A stretch of 64,000 nt of DNA from Ascidiella aspersa (Eukaryota). The notes beneath the pieces were generated by a model. That model ran no database searches, was not told where the DNA came from, and worked only from the letters and a program-made list of their open reading frames with translations. This document shows positions 51,750 through 64,000 of the stretch, piece after piece. The translations under genes were made by a program, and so were the position numbers. Numbering within the stretch: position 1 is the first letter of the stretch; every line of letters begins with the position of its first letter. The stretch spans positions 6,448,001-6,512,000 of the forward strand of contig OZ004607.1 in assembly GCA_963924565.1 (NCBI GenBank). The letters run 5' to 3'.

Positions 51750-52319
51750 ATGAACAGCTGCATTTTGATTTTGTCCGTTTTGGTTCTTGTCGTCGCTTTT
51801 AGCGAGGCGGCCGTGCTGCAGAACCGAAACAAGAGGCAGATTTTTTACAACGGACCAACCGGCATCCATGGTAATGGTGCCGCAAGTCTTGGATTAGGAC
51901 TTGGAGGATTCCAAGCCCAGGCATTGGCCAACGCAGGACTTGGAATTCAAGGATTTGGTGGAGCCCATGCCGCGCTTGGCGGAACTGCCTCGATCAATAA
52001 GGAAGGGTTAAATGCCGCCGTTCAAGGCCAGGCAGGTATCGGCATTAATCACTTCGCGGGTGTTGCCGCGAATGCAGGTGGGCAACTTGCGATCAATCAG
52101 CACGGAATAGGCGCCGCGGCTAACGCAAATCTTCAAGCAAACCTTGGACCAATTCAAGCAGGAGCTAATCTCGGCGGCGTTGCTCAACTCGGACCAAATG
52201 GATTGCACGCCGGGCTTCAAGGTGGCTTCAGCCTTGGGGATGAGTTGGGGGCTGCAGAAGGCAGGTTCCTTGAAAATGACGGAGTTTTTAACAAATATTG
52301 GATCGTCGGTGCTCCCTAA
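51750..52319 (+). CDS. Secreted Gly/Ala-rich precursor, copy 7 (189 aa, intact)
   Basis: ORF 51744..52319; donor at 51072/51073. Confidence 0.93.
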   Translation: MNSCILILSVLVLVVAFSEAAVLQNRNKRQIFYNGPTGIHGNGAASLGLGLGGFQAQALANAGLGIQGFGGAHAALGGTASINKEGLNAAVQGQAGIGINHFAGVAANAGGQLAINQHGIGAAANANLQANLGPIQAGANLGGVAQLGPNGLHAGLQGGFSLGDELGAAEGRFLENDGVFNKYWIVGAP

Positions 52320-54705
52320 AAAGTAGAAGCGATCATCTTTACAGCCTAATTGCAACAATAGTCATTCTCATGTTTACATTTGATGGTTATTTGTCATGGC
52401 GGTCAGAATAAAAGTTACATAAATGTACAAAACAACCATGTTAAGGTCAGCAAACTGTTTTAATCGCTCGAAAAACGATGTGACTGAACATATTCTTATA
52501 CATTTTAGCAGTTAGATCAGTTCATCAACCAACCGATTTTATACTGTAAATTTAAGAAATTGGTGTATATACATATAGGCTAGAACCAGTGACCAAATTT
52601 GTTCTCGAGACCTCCTTTAAGATATTCCATAACTTACGCGAGACCCTATTATAGTAGATTACACGTAAACCAAAGGCAATTAGAATCATATTACACAAAA
52701 CTAACTAAAATCAAGGTATAGCGTTTATTCGGGTTATTACGACTTGAATAGAAAAGTGCATTGACCGCTCGCAAAGTAACGAAAATAGGTTTAAGGAAAC
52801 TCGTAATTAACCAAGCAATATAAGGATTGTTTTACTATTGTATTTCAAAGTATAAAGCAGGAGTCTTGACTTTTTTACCAGTACACTTTCGATTTGTCTG
52901 CAAGTAAGGTGTATCCCATTAGAATAATTATCCCTACTGTTCACCTAAGCCAGTGCTTTTCAACCTTTTTGCTGGAGTAGAATGCCATGGAAACATTTCA
53001 CTGGCTCGAGGAACCCGAGTGCAATAATTTCACTGGCTCGAGGAACCCCAGTGCAATAAACACACCCCAATTAGCTACGCAATTTAGAAATTGCGGAACC
53101 CCTGGCCTGTACTAGCGGAACCCTTGGGTTCATCGGACCATGGTTGAAAACCACTGACCTAAGCAGTAGCAACAATTTCTATTAAAATGAATTCTCCAGG
53201 TCTAGGGCAGTGTTTCTTAATAAGGTGATTGGTTTACCCCAGGGTGAATAAATTTTTTTAAGGGTTGAACCAACCAAAAGGGGTGAATAAGGGTGAACGG
53301 TCAGAACGTGAATGATAGCTTGCGAACAAGGCGGATATTCCGGGTGTTCAGTGAACAGGTGGGAATTACCAAAAACAAAATTAATTCTAAGTTTTTTCAC
53401 AAGGATGAATGGAATCTGTAGATTGATGCTAGGAGTAAACAAAACTAAAAAAGGTTTAAGAAACACTGCTCTAGGGTATGCCCACGTTTTGCGATACCGG
53501 ATCAAAATATGTAACAGCATTGTCCTACTTTAATACTTAAGAGAAAAATAGAATATCACAAACCCATCAATAAAATATCACTTCCAAAAAATATCGTCTT
53601 ATTTTATATTTAAAACAGTTTAGACCAGGACCAGGAGTCCTAATCTTCTAAGTGACAGGAGTAAGCGAGAGAAATTTGCGCAGATACCCTAGAGCAGTGG
53701 TTCTTAAACTGTTTTTAGTTTTGTATACCCCTAGCATCGATCTCCAGATTCTATTAACCCTGATAAAAAAACTTAATTTAGTTTTTGGAAGTTCTCACCT
53801 GTTCACTAAACAGGTTGAACACCCGGAATACCACCCTGCTCGCAAGCTATCATCCATTTCTGACGGTTCACCCTTATTTACTCCTTTTGGTTGATTCACC
53901 CCTGCAAAATGTTATTCACCCGGGGTGGACCAATCACCTGATTAAGAAACACTGCCCTAGACCTGGAGAGTTTATTTAAATAGAATATAAATTGTTGCTA
54001 ACACTTAGGTGAACAGTTGGGATAATTATTCTGATGGCATACACCTTACATGCAGACAAATCGAAAGTGTACTGGTAAAAAAGTTCAAGACTTCTGCTTT
54101 ATACTTTGAAATACAATAGTAAAACAATCACTATATTGTTTGGTTAATTACGAGTTTCCATAAACCGATTTTCATTGTTACTTCACGAGCGGCCAATACA
54201 TTTTTCTATTCAAGTCGTAATGACCCGAATAAACGCTATACCTTGATTTTAGTTAGTTTTGTATAGTTTTGACGACATTCTTGGCAAAGTGAAACAACCC
54301 ATTCAGACAATTAATCGAACTGCCATTTTGAATAGGATTCTAATTGCCTCTGGTTTACGTGTAATCTACTAAAATAGGGTCTCGCGTAAGTTATGGAATA
54401 TCTTAAAGGAGGTCTCGAGAACAAATATTTTGGCCACTGGTCTAGCTTACACACATATACACCAATTTCTAGAACTTAATGTATAAAATCGGTTGGTTGA
54501 TGAACTGATCTAACTGCTAAAATGTATAAGATTCTGTTCAGTCACATCGTTTTTCGAGCGATTAAAACAGTTTGCTGACCTTAACATGGTTGTTTTATAC
54601 ATTTCTGTAACTTTTATTCTGACCGCCATGACAAATAACCATCAAATGTAAACATGAGAATGACTATTGTTGCGATTAGGCTGTAAAGATGATCGCTTCT
54701 ACTTT

Positions 54706-55275
54706 TTAGGGAGCACCGATGATCCAATTTGAGTTAAAAACTCCGTCATTTTCGAGGAACCTGCCTTCTGCAGCCCTCAACTCATCCCCAAGGCTGAAGC
54801 CACCTTGAAGACCGGCGTGCAATCCATTTGGTCCGAGTTGAGCAACGCCGCCGAGATTAGCTCCTGCTTGAATTGGTCCAAGGTTTCCTTGAAGATTTGC
54901 GTTAGCTCCGACGCCTATTCCGTGCTGATTGATCGCAAGTTGCCCACCTGCATTCGCGGCAACACCTGCGAAGTGATTAATGCCGATACCTGCTTGGCCT
55001 TGAACGGCGGCATTTAACCCTTCCTTATTGATCGAGGCAGTTCCGCCAAGCGCGGCTTGGGCTCCACCAAATCCATGAATTCCAAGTCCTGCGTTGGCCA
55101 ATGCCTGGGCTTGGAATCCTCCAGGTGCTAATCCAAGACTTGCGGCACCATTACCATGGATGCCGGTTGGTCCGTTGTAAAAAATCTGCCTTTTGTTTCG
55201 TTTCTGCAGCACGGCCGCCTCGCTGAAAGCGACGACAAGAACCAAAACGGACAAAATCAAAATGCAGCTGTTCAT
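54706..55275 (-). CDS. Secreted Gly/Ala-rich precursor, copy 8 (189 aa; the only intact - copy; variant isoform)
   Basis: ORF 54706..55281; differences include QKRNKR, LAPGG, IHG, AQA, VGANA, GNLG, ELRA and FNSNWII. Confidence 0.9.
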   Translation of the reverse strand: MNSCILILSVLVLVVAFSEAAVLQKRNKRQIFYNGPTGIHGNGAASLGLAPGGFQAQALANAGLGIHGFGGAQAALGGTASINKEGLNAAVQGQAGIGINHFAGVAANAGGQLAINQHGIGVGANANLQGNLGPIQAGANLGGVAQLGPNGLHAGLQGGFSLGDELRAAEGRFLENDGVFNSNWIIGAP

Positions 55276-58200
55276 CTGCAAAAAAAAGTTTTCGCTCAGG
55301 TCAAATGTCTAAATATAAATGAAAGAAATGTCGGTTGTTGTTGATAAGACTAAACAAGTCACACTGCAGATAGAAAGAAAGTAATGACGCCTACTTTTTA
55401 CCATCACAAATTTTTAATCAACAAATGTAGGTGCTGAGTATCTATACGTAATGCAAGCCAATAAAAATAATTACCAATAGTTTTAGGTTGCTAAATAAAT
55501 GCACCAAGACGTTTGTTAATCCATGTGGCTACCCCCTTTATATCCATTAACACCTACTTATTTTAATTTATCAAGGGTCACATCAGTCCTAAATTAATAT
55601 GGCTTAAATCCCAAAATAAGCATTTCCCAACCGCTGCCCGCGGGCCAACGAAAAAAAGTACAACATATATTATTTACCATTTTTGCTTAATACTTTGGCT
55701 TAGCTCATTGGGCCCACAGTACCTTAAATACCATAATTCAACTACGAGGCGTATGTAAAGCAAAAATTACAGCCAGTACAAGAGAAATATTGGTATACAT
55801 AAAATTTGCGCTATAGGTGCGCCACCACGTGTTTAGATACACAAGTGCGGTCTGACGTTAAAAAGTTGCTCCAGAGGAACAAAACCAGCAGGTCTTCGGC
55901 GACACAAAAACTAGGATAGTTAAACTTACACTTGTACTTTAATATCACTTACCTTGTAGTATTGCTTGTTGAGTGCAAAGTGTGATTTGGGACGTGCTTC
56001 GTCGCGTTTATATAGCATTTTGCGAGGTGCGTTGTGGTTTTAGGACGTCAAAATTCCTCGAAACTTACAGACCGATCGTTCCTAACTTCTTCGTCGTATC
56101 GCAACGATGTTTGTTTTTAAACGTGGCAGATAACGTTGAATATTGTCCCGGCTAAATTATTCGGGTTTTACAATTAACAATAAGCATTACCACCTTTCTG
56201 GTTTGCAATGTTGCTTTACAAAAAATCGCCTCTAAACTGTATTAAGATTAATTATTCCGATATATTAAGAAACCGATAATCATCTTTTGGTTTAGTTGAT
56301 TAGATATATTTGCTTTTAAATTCAGTGAGAGAACCAATATGAGCGTTTCTGGGGTTTTGGTAATTAAATAAACCCTATTTTTTCGAAAAAACTATTTGGG
56401 CAAGCGAAAGCTTGGTGCCACAATCGATAGCAAAATAAAACAGAAGAGAAGTGTCATAAAGTTAATAATTTGTGCCATTTTATGGAACATAGACTGTAGC
56501 ATTTGGAACACACTACTCTTTCACCCGGAAAAGCTTAAAATAACGGATATATTCTGTACATTTTTTTCAAATTATAACCTACCTAATAAACCCACGCTAG
56601 AGTACAAATATCTTCCCGGCGTTGTTTTAACGTAGGGGTCGAAAGTTACGTCATAACGTGACGTCATGATACAAGTTACATTTATAAATTCCTATGTCCG
56701 GTCGAACTCGTTCATCTACGATACTTGGTCCAATGTATATATTTGAAAAGGGATAAAGCGTGAGCGCAAAAATATTGAGATCAGATGGTTGAAATTGACA
56801 AAACCTTTATGTTAGAACTAGACGCAAGGCATTGGGTACACGATAAATGTTTGTACATTCCCAAATGCAGCTGTACTGAAAAATTATCCCCGAAATAATT
56901 AAAAGGTAGTATACTAAGTAAAAAAACATATAAGATTCGCGCAAAGCTAAAAAAGTGTTTGAGCTTATTTAAATAAAATCGGTAAAAAAATATAGTTTGG
57001 GGGATATAGCTTCCTCCCTGGATACACCCTTGCACGTGGATACAAACTCAGATCACATTTTAAACCCCTTTGACACGTGTTTATAAGAAGGAAACTGTCA
57101 CCTAAACTTACTTGTTATATTTTGCGCAATGGATAGAGGAAGTAAAAACAGAAAATATCCGCACAGTTCAGCGTAATTGGAGAATGTCCTTTAAGTCACA
57201 TCCTTTATATTCTTTTATTTGAAAACGTTGAAAGCTTCTTTGAAAATACAATCAGGCATGAATGTATCAAACAAGGTTGGTTGTAATTGAACAAGACCAA
57301 CTCGTTTGAATTTTAATTCCTGTCATGCCAATAGATAAGGAAATGTTATTAAGATTAAACATTTCGAAGCATGATGCTGGAATATCGTTAACCATTTTCA
57401 GCCGGTGTATATCAGTGCTCAGTAACATTTTTGAACTTTTTTGAGCTGAGTCAGAGACGGGCTCGGCACTAATCAAAACGCACATTTGGCCAGATACGGA
57501 CTCGGGACTTGAGAGCTGGACTCGGGTTCATTTTTTGGACGTTATCGAACTCGGGTTATTTTTACCCGACTCGGTAGCACTGCCTTAAAACCCGAAACAT
57601 GTGGTTATTACCCCTACATATTGTATTCTGTACTTTTTTGTCATAAATTGTTTTTCGAGAGACCAATTAAGCAAGATAAATTACCAATGCGTGTTGGGGC
57701 AATAACGGACAAATGGGGCTAAACTTTACTTATGTATTGCAATGAGTTTTTTTGCGTAGGCTATAGTAAATGTCTGCTATGTTGTAAAATTGAAACCATT
57801 AATGTAGGCTATAGCTGTGGCCTGTGGCACCCTATCGCTTGGAAAGCAGGTTTATTTTGAGATAAGTAGAGAATTTTGACTTGTGAAGATGTGCAAAAGT
57901 TTTTACCTGTCCCAGAATAGTGCATAGGCCTACACTCAGAGTATATACCTGCCTTGATGTACTATAAACGTTCCCGTATTAAATTTATTCACTATATTTC
58001 GAAGGAACACTTGCGCATGTATTATCCCAAAGCGTCGTACGTGTCATAACCCATCTCTCAAAACTACCCTTTAAGTAAATTAAACGATTTAGGCCTAAGG
58101 TCGTTTTATCGCTTGCGCGAATCGATAAAATGTGTGTAATGCAGCTTTTGTAATGAAAGTTGCACCTCTTCGACCAAAAACTTTAACACGTCGCTTTTGA

Positions 58201-61182
58201 CTTTTTGGGCGAGACCATCTACATTACTTTTTCTATATTTGCTTCGCATTATGTACAAGTGTCATTGAAAGACAAATGGTTAGAAAAACAGTGAATAGCG
58301 CCAAATGTATTTGATAGTGGTTATAAAGAGCCCAAACAACTTCTCTACTTTGTAAAACACATTGACTATATTGTTCACGACTTACTATTTTAAAAACGTT
58401 TGCAAGAATAAATAAAAATACGTCTTAGGTAAAAACACCACAGTAATATTAACGATAGTAATATTGTCTAACTTAAGACAGTCATCAACGTATTTATAAT
58501 TATACCCAAGTGTAACTTGTCGAATATAGTCAATAAAATTAATACGGGAATGTACATTAAGGCAGGTATTCTAAATGTGTGTGCACTATTCTTAGACAGG
58601 CGAAAACTTTTGCAAATCTTCACAAGTCAAAATTTTCTATTTATCTTGAAATAAATAAAACTTCTTTCCAAGCGATAGGGTAGCCTACCACAGCTATATA
58701 GCCTACTATAACAATTTCAATTTTACAACATAGCGGACGTTTACTATACGCAAAAAAAACATTGTAATAAATAAAAAAAAGTTTGGCTCTTTTTGCCCCT
58801 GCACGCATTGTTAGTTTATCTTGCATGATGTCTCGAAAAAACAATTTAAGAAAATAAAATAAAAAGTACAATATATAGGGGTAATAACCGCATGTTTCGG
58901 GTTTTGAGGCAGGGCTGCCGAGCCGTGCAAAAATAACCCGAGTCCGACTCCATCCACAAAAATGAATCCGAGTCCGAATTTCGAGTCCCGAGTGCGATTC
59001 TGGCCGATTGTGCGATTTCGATGAGTGCTGAGCCCGTCTCTGACTCAGCAATTTAAATAAAGTTACTGAGCACTGATACACACCGGCTGAAAACGGTTTA
59101 CGATATTCCAGCATCATGCTTCGAAATGTTTGTCCTAATAACATTACCTATCTATTGGCATGACAGAAATTAAAATTCATCCGAATTGGTCTTGTTCAAT
59201 TTCAACCATAACCCTTTAGACATATTCATGACCTATTGCATTTTCTAAGAAGTTTTCAACGTTTTAAAAATAAAATAAAAAGGAAGTGCCTTGAAGGATA
59301 TTCTCCAATTACGCTGAACTGTGCGGATATTTTCTGTTTTTACTTTCTCTTGCAATTGCGCAAAAAATGACAAGAAAGTTTAGGTGCCAGTTTCCTTCTT
59401 ATAAACACGTGTCAAAGGGGTTTAAAATGTGATCTGAGTTTTGTATCCACGTGCAAGGGTGTTTTCAGGGGGAAGGTATGTCCTCCAAACTATATTTTTT
59501 ACCGATATTATTTAAATAAGCTCAAACACTTTTATAGCTTTGCGCGAATCTTTTAGGGTTTTGTACTTAGTATACTACCTTTTAATTATTTCGAGGATAA
59601 TTTTTAGTACAGCTGCATTTGGGAATGTACAAACATTTATCGTGTACCCAATGCCTTGCGTCTAGTTCTAACATAAACGTTTTGTCAATTTCAACCATCT
59701 GATCGCAATATTTTTGCGCTCACGCTTTATCCCTTTTCAAATATATTCATTCGACCAAGTATAGTAGATGAACGAGTTCGACCGGAAATATCATGACGTC
59801 ACGTTATGACGTAACTTTCGACCCCTACGTTAAAACAACGCCGGGAAGATATTTGTACTCTAGCGTGGATTTATTAGGTAGGTTATAATTTGAAAAAAAT
59901 GTACAGAATATATCCATTATTTTAAGCTTTTCCGGGTGAAAGAGTAGTGTGTTCCAAACGCTTCAGTCTATGCTCCATAAAATGGCTCAAATTATTAACT
60001 TTATGACACTTCTCTTCTGTTTTATTTTGCTATCGATTGTGGGACCAAGCTTTCGCTTGCCCAAATAGTATTTTCGAAAAAATAGGCTTTATTTAATTAC
60101 CAAAACCCCAGAAACGCTCATATTGGTTCTTTCACTGCATTTAAAAGCAAATATACCTAATCATTTAAACCAAAAGATGATTATCGGTTTCTTAATATAT
60201 CGGAATAATTAATCTTAATACAGTTTAGAGGCGATTTTTGTAAAGCAACATTGCAAAACACACAGGTGGTAATGCTTATTGTTAATTGTAAAACCCGAAA
60301 AATTTTGCCGGGAAAATATTCAACGTTATCTGCCACGTTTAAAAACAAACATCGTTGCGATACGACGAAGAAGTTAGGAACGATCGGTCTGTAAGTTTCG
60401 AGGAATTTTGACGTCCTAAACCACAACGCACCTCGCAAAATGCTATATAAACGCGACGAAGCACGTCCCAAATCACACTTTGCATTCAACAAGCAATACC
60501 ACAAGGTAAGTGATATTTAATTACAAACGTAAGCTTAACTATCCTAGTTTTTGCGTCGCCGAAGACCTGCTGGTTTTGTTCCTCTGGAGCAACTTTTTAA
60601 CGTCAGATCGCACCTGTGTATCTAAACACGTGGTGGCGCGCCTATAGCGCAACTTTTATGTATACCAGTATTTGGCTTGTACTGGCTGTAGATTTTGCTT
60701 TACATAGGCCTCGTAGTTGAATTATGGTCTTTAAAGTACTGTGGGCCCAATAAGCTAATCCAAAGTATTAAGCAAAAATAGTAAACAATATATGTCGTAC
60801 TTTTTTTCGTTGGCCCTCGGGCAGCGGTCGGGAAATGCTTCTTTTGTAATTTAAGCCATATTAATTTAGGACTGATGTGACCCCTGATAAATTAATACAA
60901 GTAGGTGTTAATGGATATAAAGGGGTTAGTCACATGGATTACCAAATGTCTTGGTGCATTTATTTAGCAACCTAAAACTATTGGTAATTATTATTATTGG
61001 CTTGCATTACGTAAAAATACTCTGCATCTCCCTTTATTGATTAAAAATTTGTGATGGTAAAAAAGTAGGCGCCATGACTTTCTTTCCATCTGCAGTGTGT
61101 CTTGTTCAGTCTTATCAACAACAACCGACATTTCTTTCATTTATATTTAGACATTTGACTTGAGCGAAAATTTTTTTTGCAG

Positions 61183-61752
61183 ATGAACAGCTGCATTTTG
61201 ATTTTGTCCGTTTTGGTTCTTGTCGTCGCTTTTAGCGAGGCGGCCGTGCTGCAGAACCGAAACAAGAGGCAGATTTTTTACAACGGACCAACCGGCATCC
61301 ATGGTAATGGTGCCGCAAGTCTTGGATTAGGACTTGGAGGATTCCAAGCCCAGGCATTGGCCAACGCAGGACTTGGAATTCAAGGATTTGGTGGAGCCCA
61401 TGCCGCGCTTGGCGGAACTGCCTCGATCAATAAGGAAGGGTTAAATGCCGCCGTTCAAGGCCAGGCAGGTATCGGCATTAATCACTTCGCGGGTGTTGCC
61501 GCGAATGCAGGTGGGCAACTTGCGATCAATCAGCACGGAATAGGCGCCGCGGCTAACGCAAATCTTCAAGCAAACCTTGGACCAATTCAAGCAGGAGCTA
61601 ATCTCGGCGGCGTTGCTCAACTCGGACCAAATGGATTGCACGCCGGGCTTCAAGGTGGCTTCAGCCTTGGGGATGAGTTGGGGGCTGCAGAAGGCAGGTT
61701 CCTTGAAAATGACGGCGTTTTTAACAAATATTGGATCGTCGGTGCTCCCTAA
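61183..61752 (+). CDS. Secreted Gly/Ala-rich precursor, copy 9 (189 aa, intact)
   Basis: ORF 61177..61752; donor at 60505/60506. Confidence 0.93.
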   Translation: MNSCILILSVLVLVVAFSEAAVLQNRNKRQIFYNGPTGIHGNGAASLGLGLGGFQAQALANAGLGIQGFGGAHAALGGTASINKEGLNAAVQGQAGIGINHFAGVAANAGGQLAINQHGIGAAANANLQANLGPIQAGANLGGVAQLGPNGLHAGLQGGFSLGDELGAAEGRFLENDGVFNKYWIVGAP

Positions 61753-64000
61753 AAAGTAGAAGCGATCATCTTTACAGCCTAATTGCAACAATAGTCATTC
61801 TCATGTTTACATTTGATGGTTATTTGTCATGGCGGTCAGAATAAAAGTTACATAAATGTACAAAACAACCATGTTAAGGTCAGCAAACTGTTTTAATCGC
61901 TCGAAAAACGATGTGACTGAACATATTCTTATACATTTTAGCAGTTAGATCAGTTCATCAACCAACCGATTTTATACTGTAAATTTAAGAAATTGGTGTA
62001 TATACATATAGGCTAGAACCAGTGACCAAATTTGTTCTCGAGACCTCCTTTAAGATATTCCATAACTTACGCGAGACTCTATTATAGTAGATTACACGTA
62101 AACCAAAGGCAATTAGAATCATATTACACAAAACTAACTAAAATCAAGGTATAGCGTTTATTCGGGTTATTACGACTTGAATAGAAAAGTGCATTGACCG
62201 CTCGCAAAGTAACGAAAATAGGTTTATAGAAACTCGTAATTAACCAAGCAATATAAGGATTGTTTTACTATTGTATTTCAAAGTATAAAGCAGGAGTCTT
62301 GACTTTTTTACCAGTACAATTTCGATTTGTCTGCAAGTAAGGTGTATCCCATTAGAATAATTATCCCTACTGTTCACCTAAGCCAGTGCTTTTCAACCTT
62401 TTTGCTGGAGTAGAATGCCATGGAAACATTTCACTGGCTCGAGGAACCCGAGTGCAATAATTTCACTGGCTCGTGAAACCCCAGTGTAATAAACACACCC
62501 CCAATTAGCTACACAATTTAGAAATTGCGGAACCCCTGGCCTGTACTAGAGGAACCCTTGGGTTCATCGCACCCTGGTTGAAAACCACTGACCTAAGCGT
62601 TAGCAACAATTTCTATTAAAATGAATTCTCTAGGTCTAGGGCAGTATTTCTTAATAAGGTGATTGGTTTACCCCAGGGTGAATAAATTTTTTTAAGGGTT
62701 GAACCAACCAAAAGGGGTGAATAAGGGTGAACGGTCAGAACATGAATGATAGCTTGCGAACAAGGCGGATATTCCGGGTGTTCAGTGAACAGGTGGGAAT
62801 TACCAAAAACAAAATTAATTCTAAGTTTTTTCACAAGGATGAATGGAATCTGTAGATTGAAGCTAGGAGTAAACAAACTAAAAAAGGTTTAAGAAACACT
62901 GCTCTAGGGTATGCCCACGTTTTGCGATACCGGATCAAAATATGCAACAGCATTGTCCTACTTTAATACTTAAGAGAAAAATAGAATATCACAAACCCAT
63001 CAATAAAATATCACTTCCAAAAAATATCGTCTTATTTTATATTTAAAACAGTTTAGACCAGGACCAGGAGTCCTAATCTTCTAAGTGACAGGAGTAAGCG
63101 AGAGAAATTTGCGCAGATACCCTAGAGCAGTGGTTCTTAAACTGTTTTTAGTTTTGTATACCCCTAGCATCGATCTCCAGATTCTATTAACCCTGATAAA
63201 AAAACTTAATTTAGTTTTTGGAAATTCTCACCTGTTCACTAAACAGGTTGAACACCCGGAATACCACCCTGCTCGCAAGCTATCATCCATTTCTGACGGT
63301 TCACCCTTATTTACTCCTTTTGGTTGATTCACCCCTGCAAAATGTTATTCACCCGGGGTGGACCAATCACCTGATTAAGAAACACTGCCCTAGACCTGGA
63401 GAGTTTATTTAAATAGAATATAAATTGTTGCTAACACTTAGGTGAACAGTTGGGATAATTATTCTGATGGCATACACCTTACATGCAGACAAATCGAAAG
63501 TGTACTGGTAAAAAAGTTCAAGACTTCTGCTTTATACTTTGAAATACAATAGTAAAACAATCACTATATTGTTTGGTTAATTACGAGTTTCCATAAACCG
63601 ATTTTCATTGTTACTTCACGAGCGGCCAATACATTTTTCTATTCAAGTCGTAATGACCCGAATAAACGTTATACCTTGATTTTAGTTAGTTTTGTATAGT
63701 TTTGACGACATTCTTGGCAAAGTGAAACAACCCATTCTGACAATTAATCGAACTGCCATTTTGAATATGATTCTAATTGCCTCTGGTTTACGTGTAATCT
63801 ACTAAAATAGGGTCTCGCGTAAGTTATGGAATATCTTAAAGGAGGTCTCGAGAACAAATATTTTGGCCACTGGTCTAGCTTACACACATATACACCAATT
63901 TCTAGAACTTAATGTATAAAATCGGTTGGTTGATGAACTGATCTAACTGCTAAAATGTATAAGATTCTGTTCAGTCACATCGTTTTTCGAGCGATTAAAA

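Larger units (their letters stand above)
22785..64000. repeat. Chain of inverted segmental duplications (palindromic gene array), higher-order period ~9.2-9.4 kb, continuing past the window end
   Basis: + copy ATGs at 25582, 33115, 42544, 51750 and 61183 (spacings 7533, 9429, 9206, 9433) with - copies between them. Flanks mirror around short unique spacers. Homology starts at tagaaaaacagtg ~22787 (compare 39641). Confidence 0.97.

Noticed and set aside
27073-63412. Recurrent 60-167 aa ORFs in array flanks (MGKRKLG..., MCVLISAEP..., MTGVSERN..., MLLGQTFR...)
   Set aside because: They recur only because the DNA is duplicated. They overlap MITEs or AT-rich flanks, mostly use non-ATG starts and are broken in some copies.
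1-64000. Transposase, reverse transcriptase, tRNA or rRNA genes
   Set aside because: None recognisable; all mobile elements seen are short and non-autonomous

Overview
Eukaryotic genomic DNA from an animal: AT-rich GT-AG introns, GC-richer exons and many short non-autonomous DNA transposons. An invertebrate such as an ascidian is my guess only. Three zones. (1) 1-7.7 kb: the 3' eight exons of a + strand gene encoding a low-complexity, probably disordered protein I cannot name. (2) 10.9-19.1 kb: a minus-strand ODF3/SHIPPO-repeat locus. It has a full 4-exon gene (251 aa) and a downstream duplicate of the large last exon, which is phase-compatible both with the main gene and with two tiny private exons (186 aa). 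(3) About 22.8 kb to the window end: a chain of inverted duplications with a ~9.2-9.4 kb higher-order unit. It holds nine copies, alternating +/-, of a TATA-driven two-exon gene for a 189-aa secreted precursor: signal peptide, RNKR furin site, then a Gln-initiated Cys-free Gly/Ala/Asn/Gln-rich core with a ~33-aa internal repeat and an acidic tail. All five + copies are intact. Three of four - copies carry independent disabling lesions. The spacer between head-to-head arms is flipped in the first unit relative to the others.
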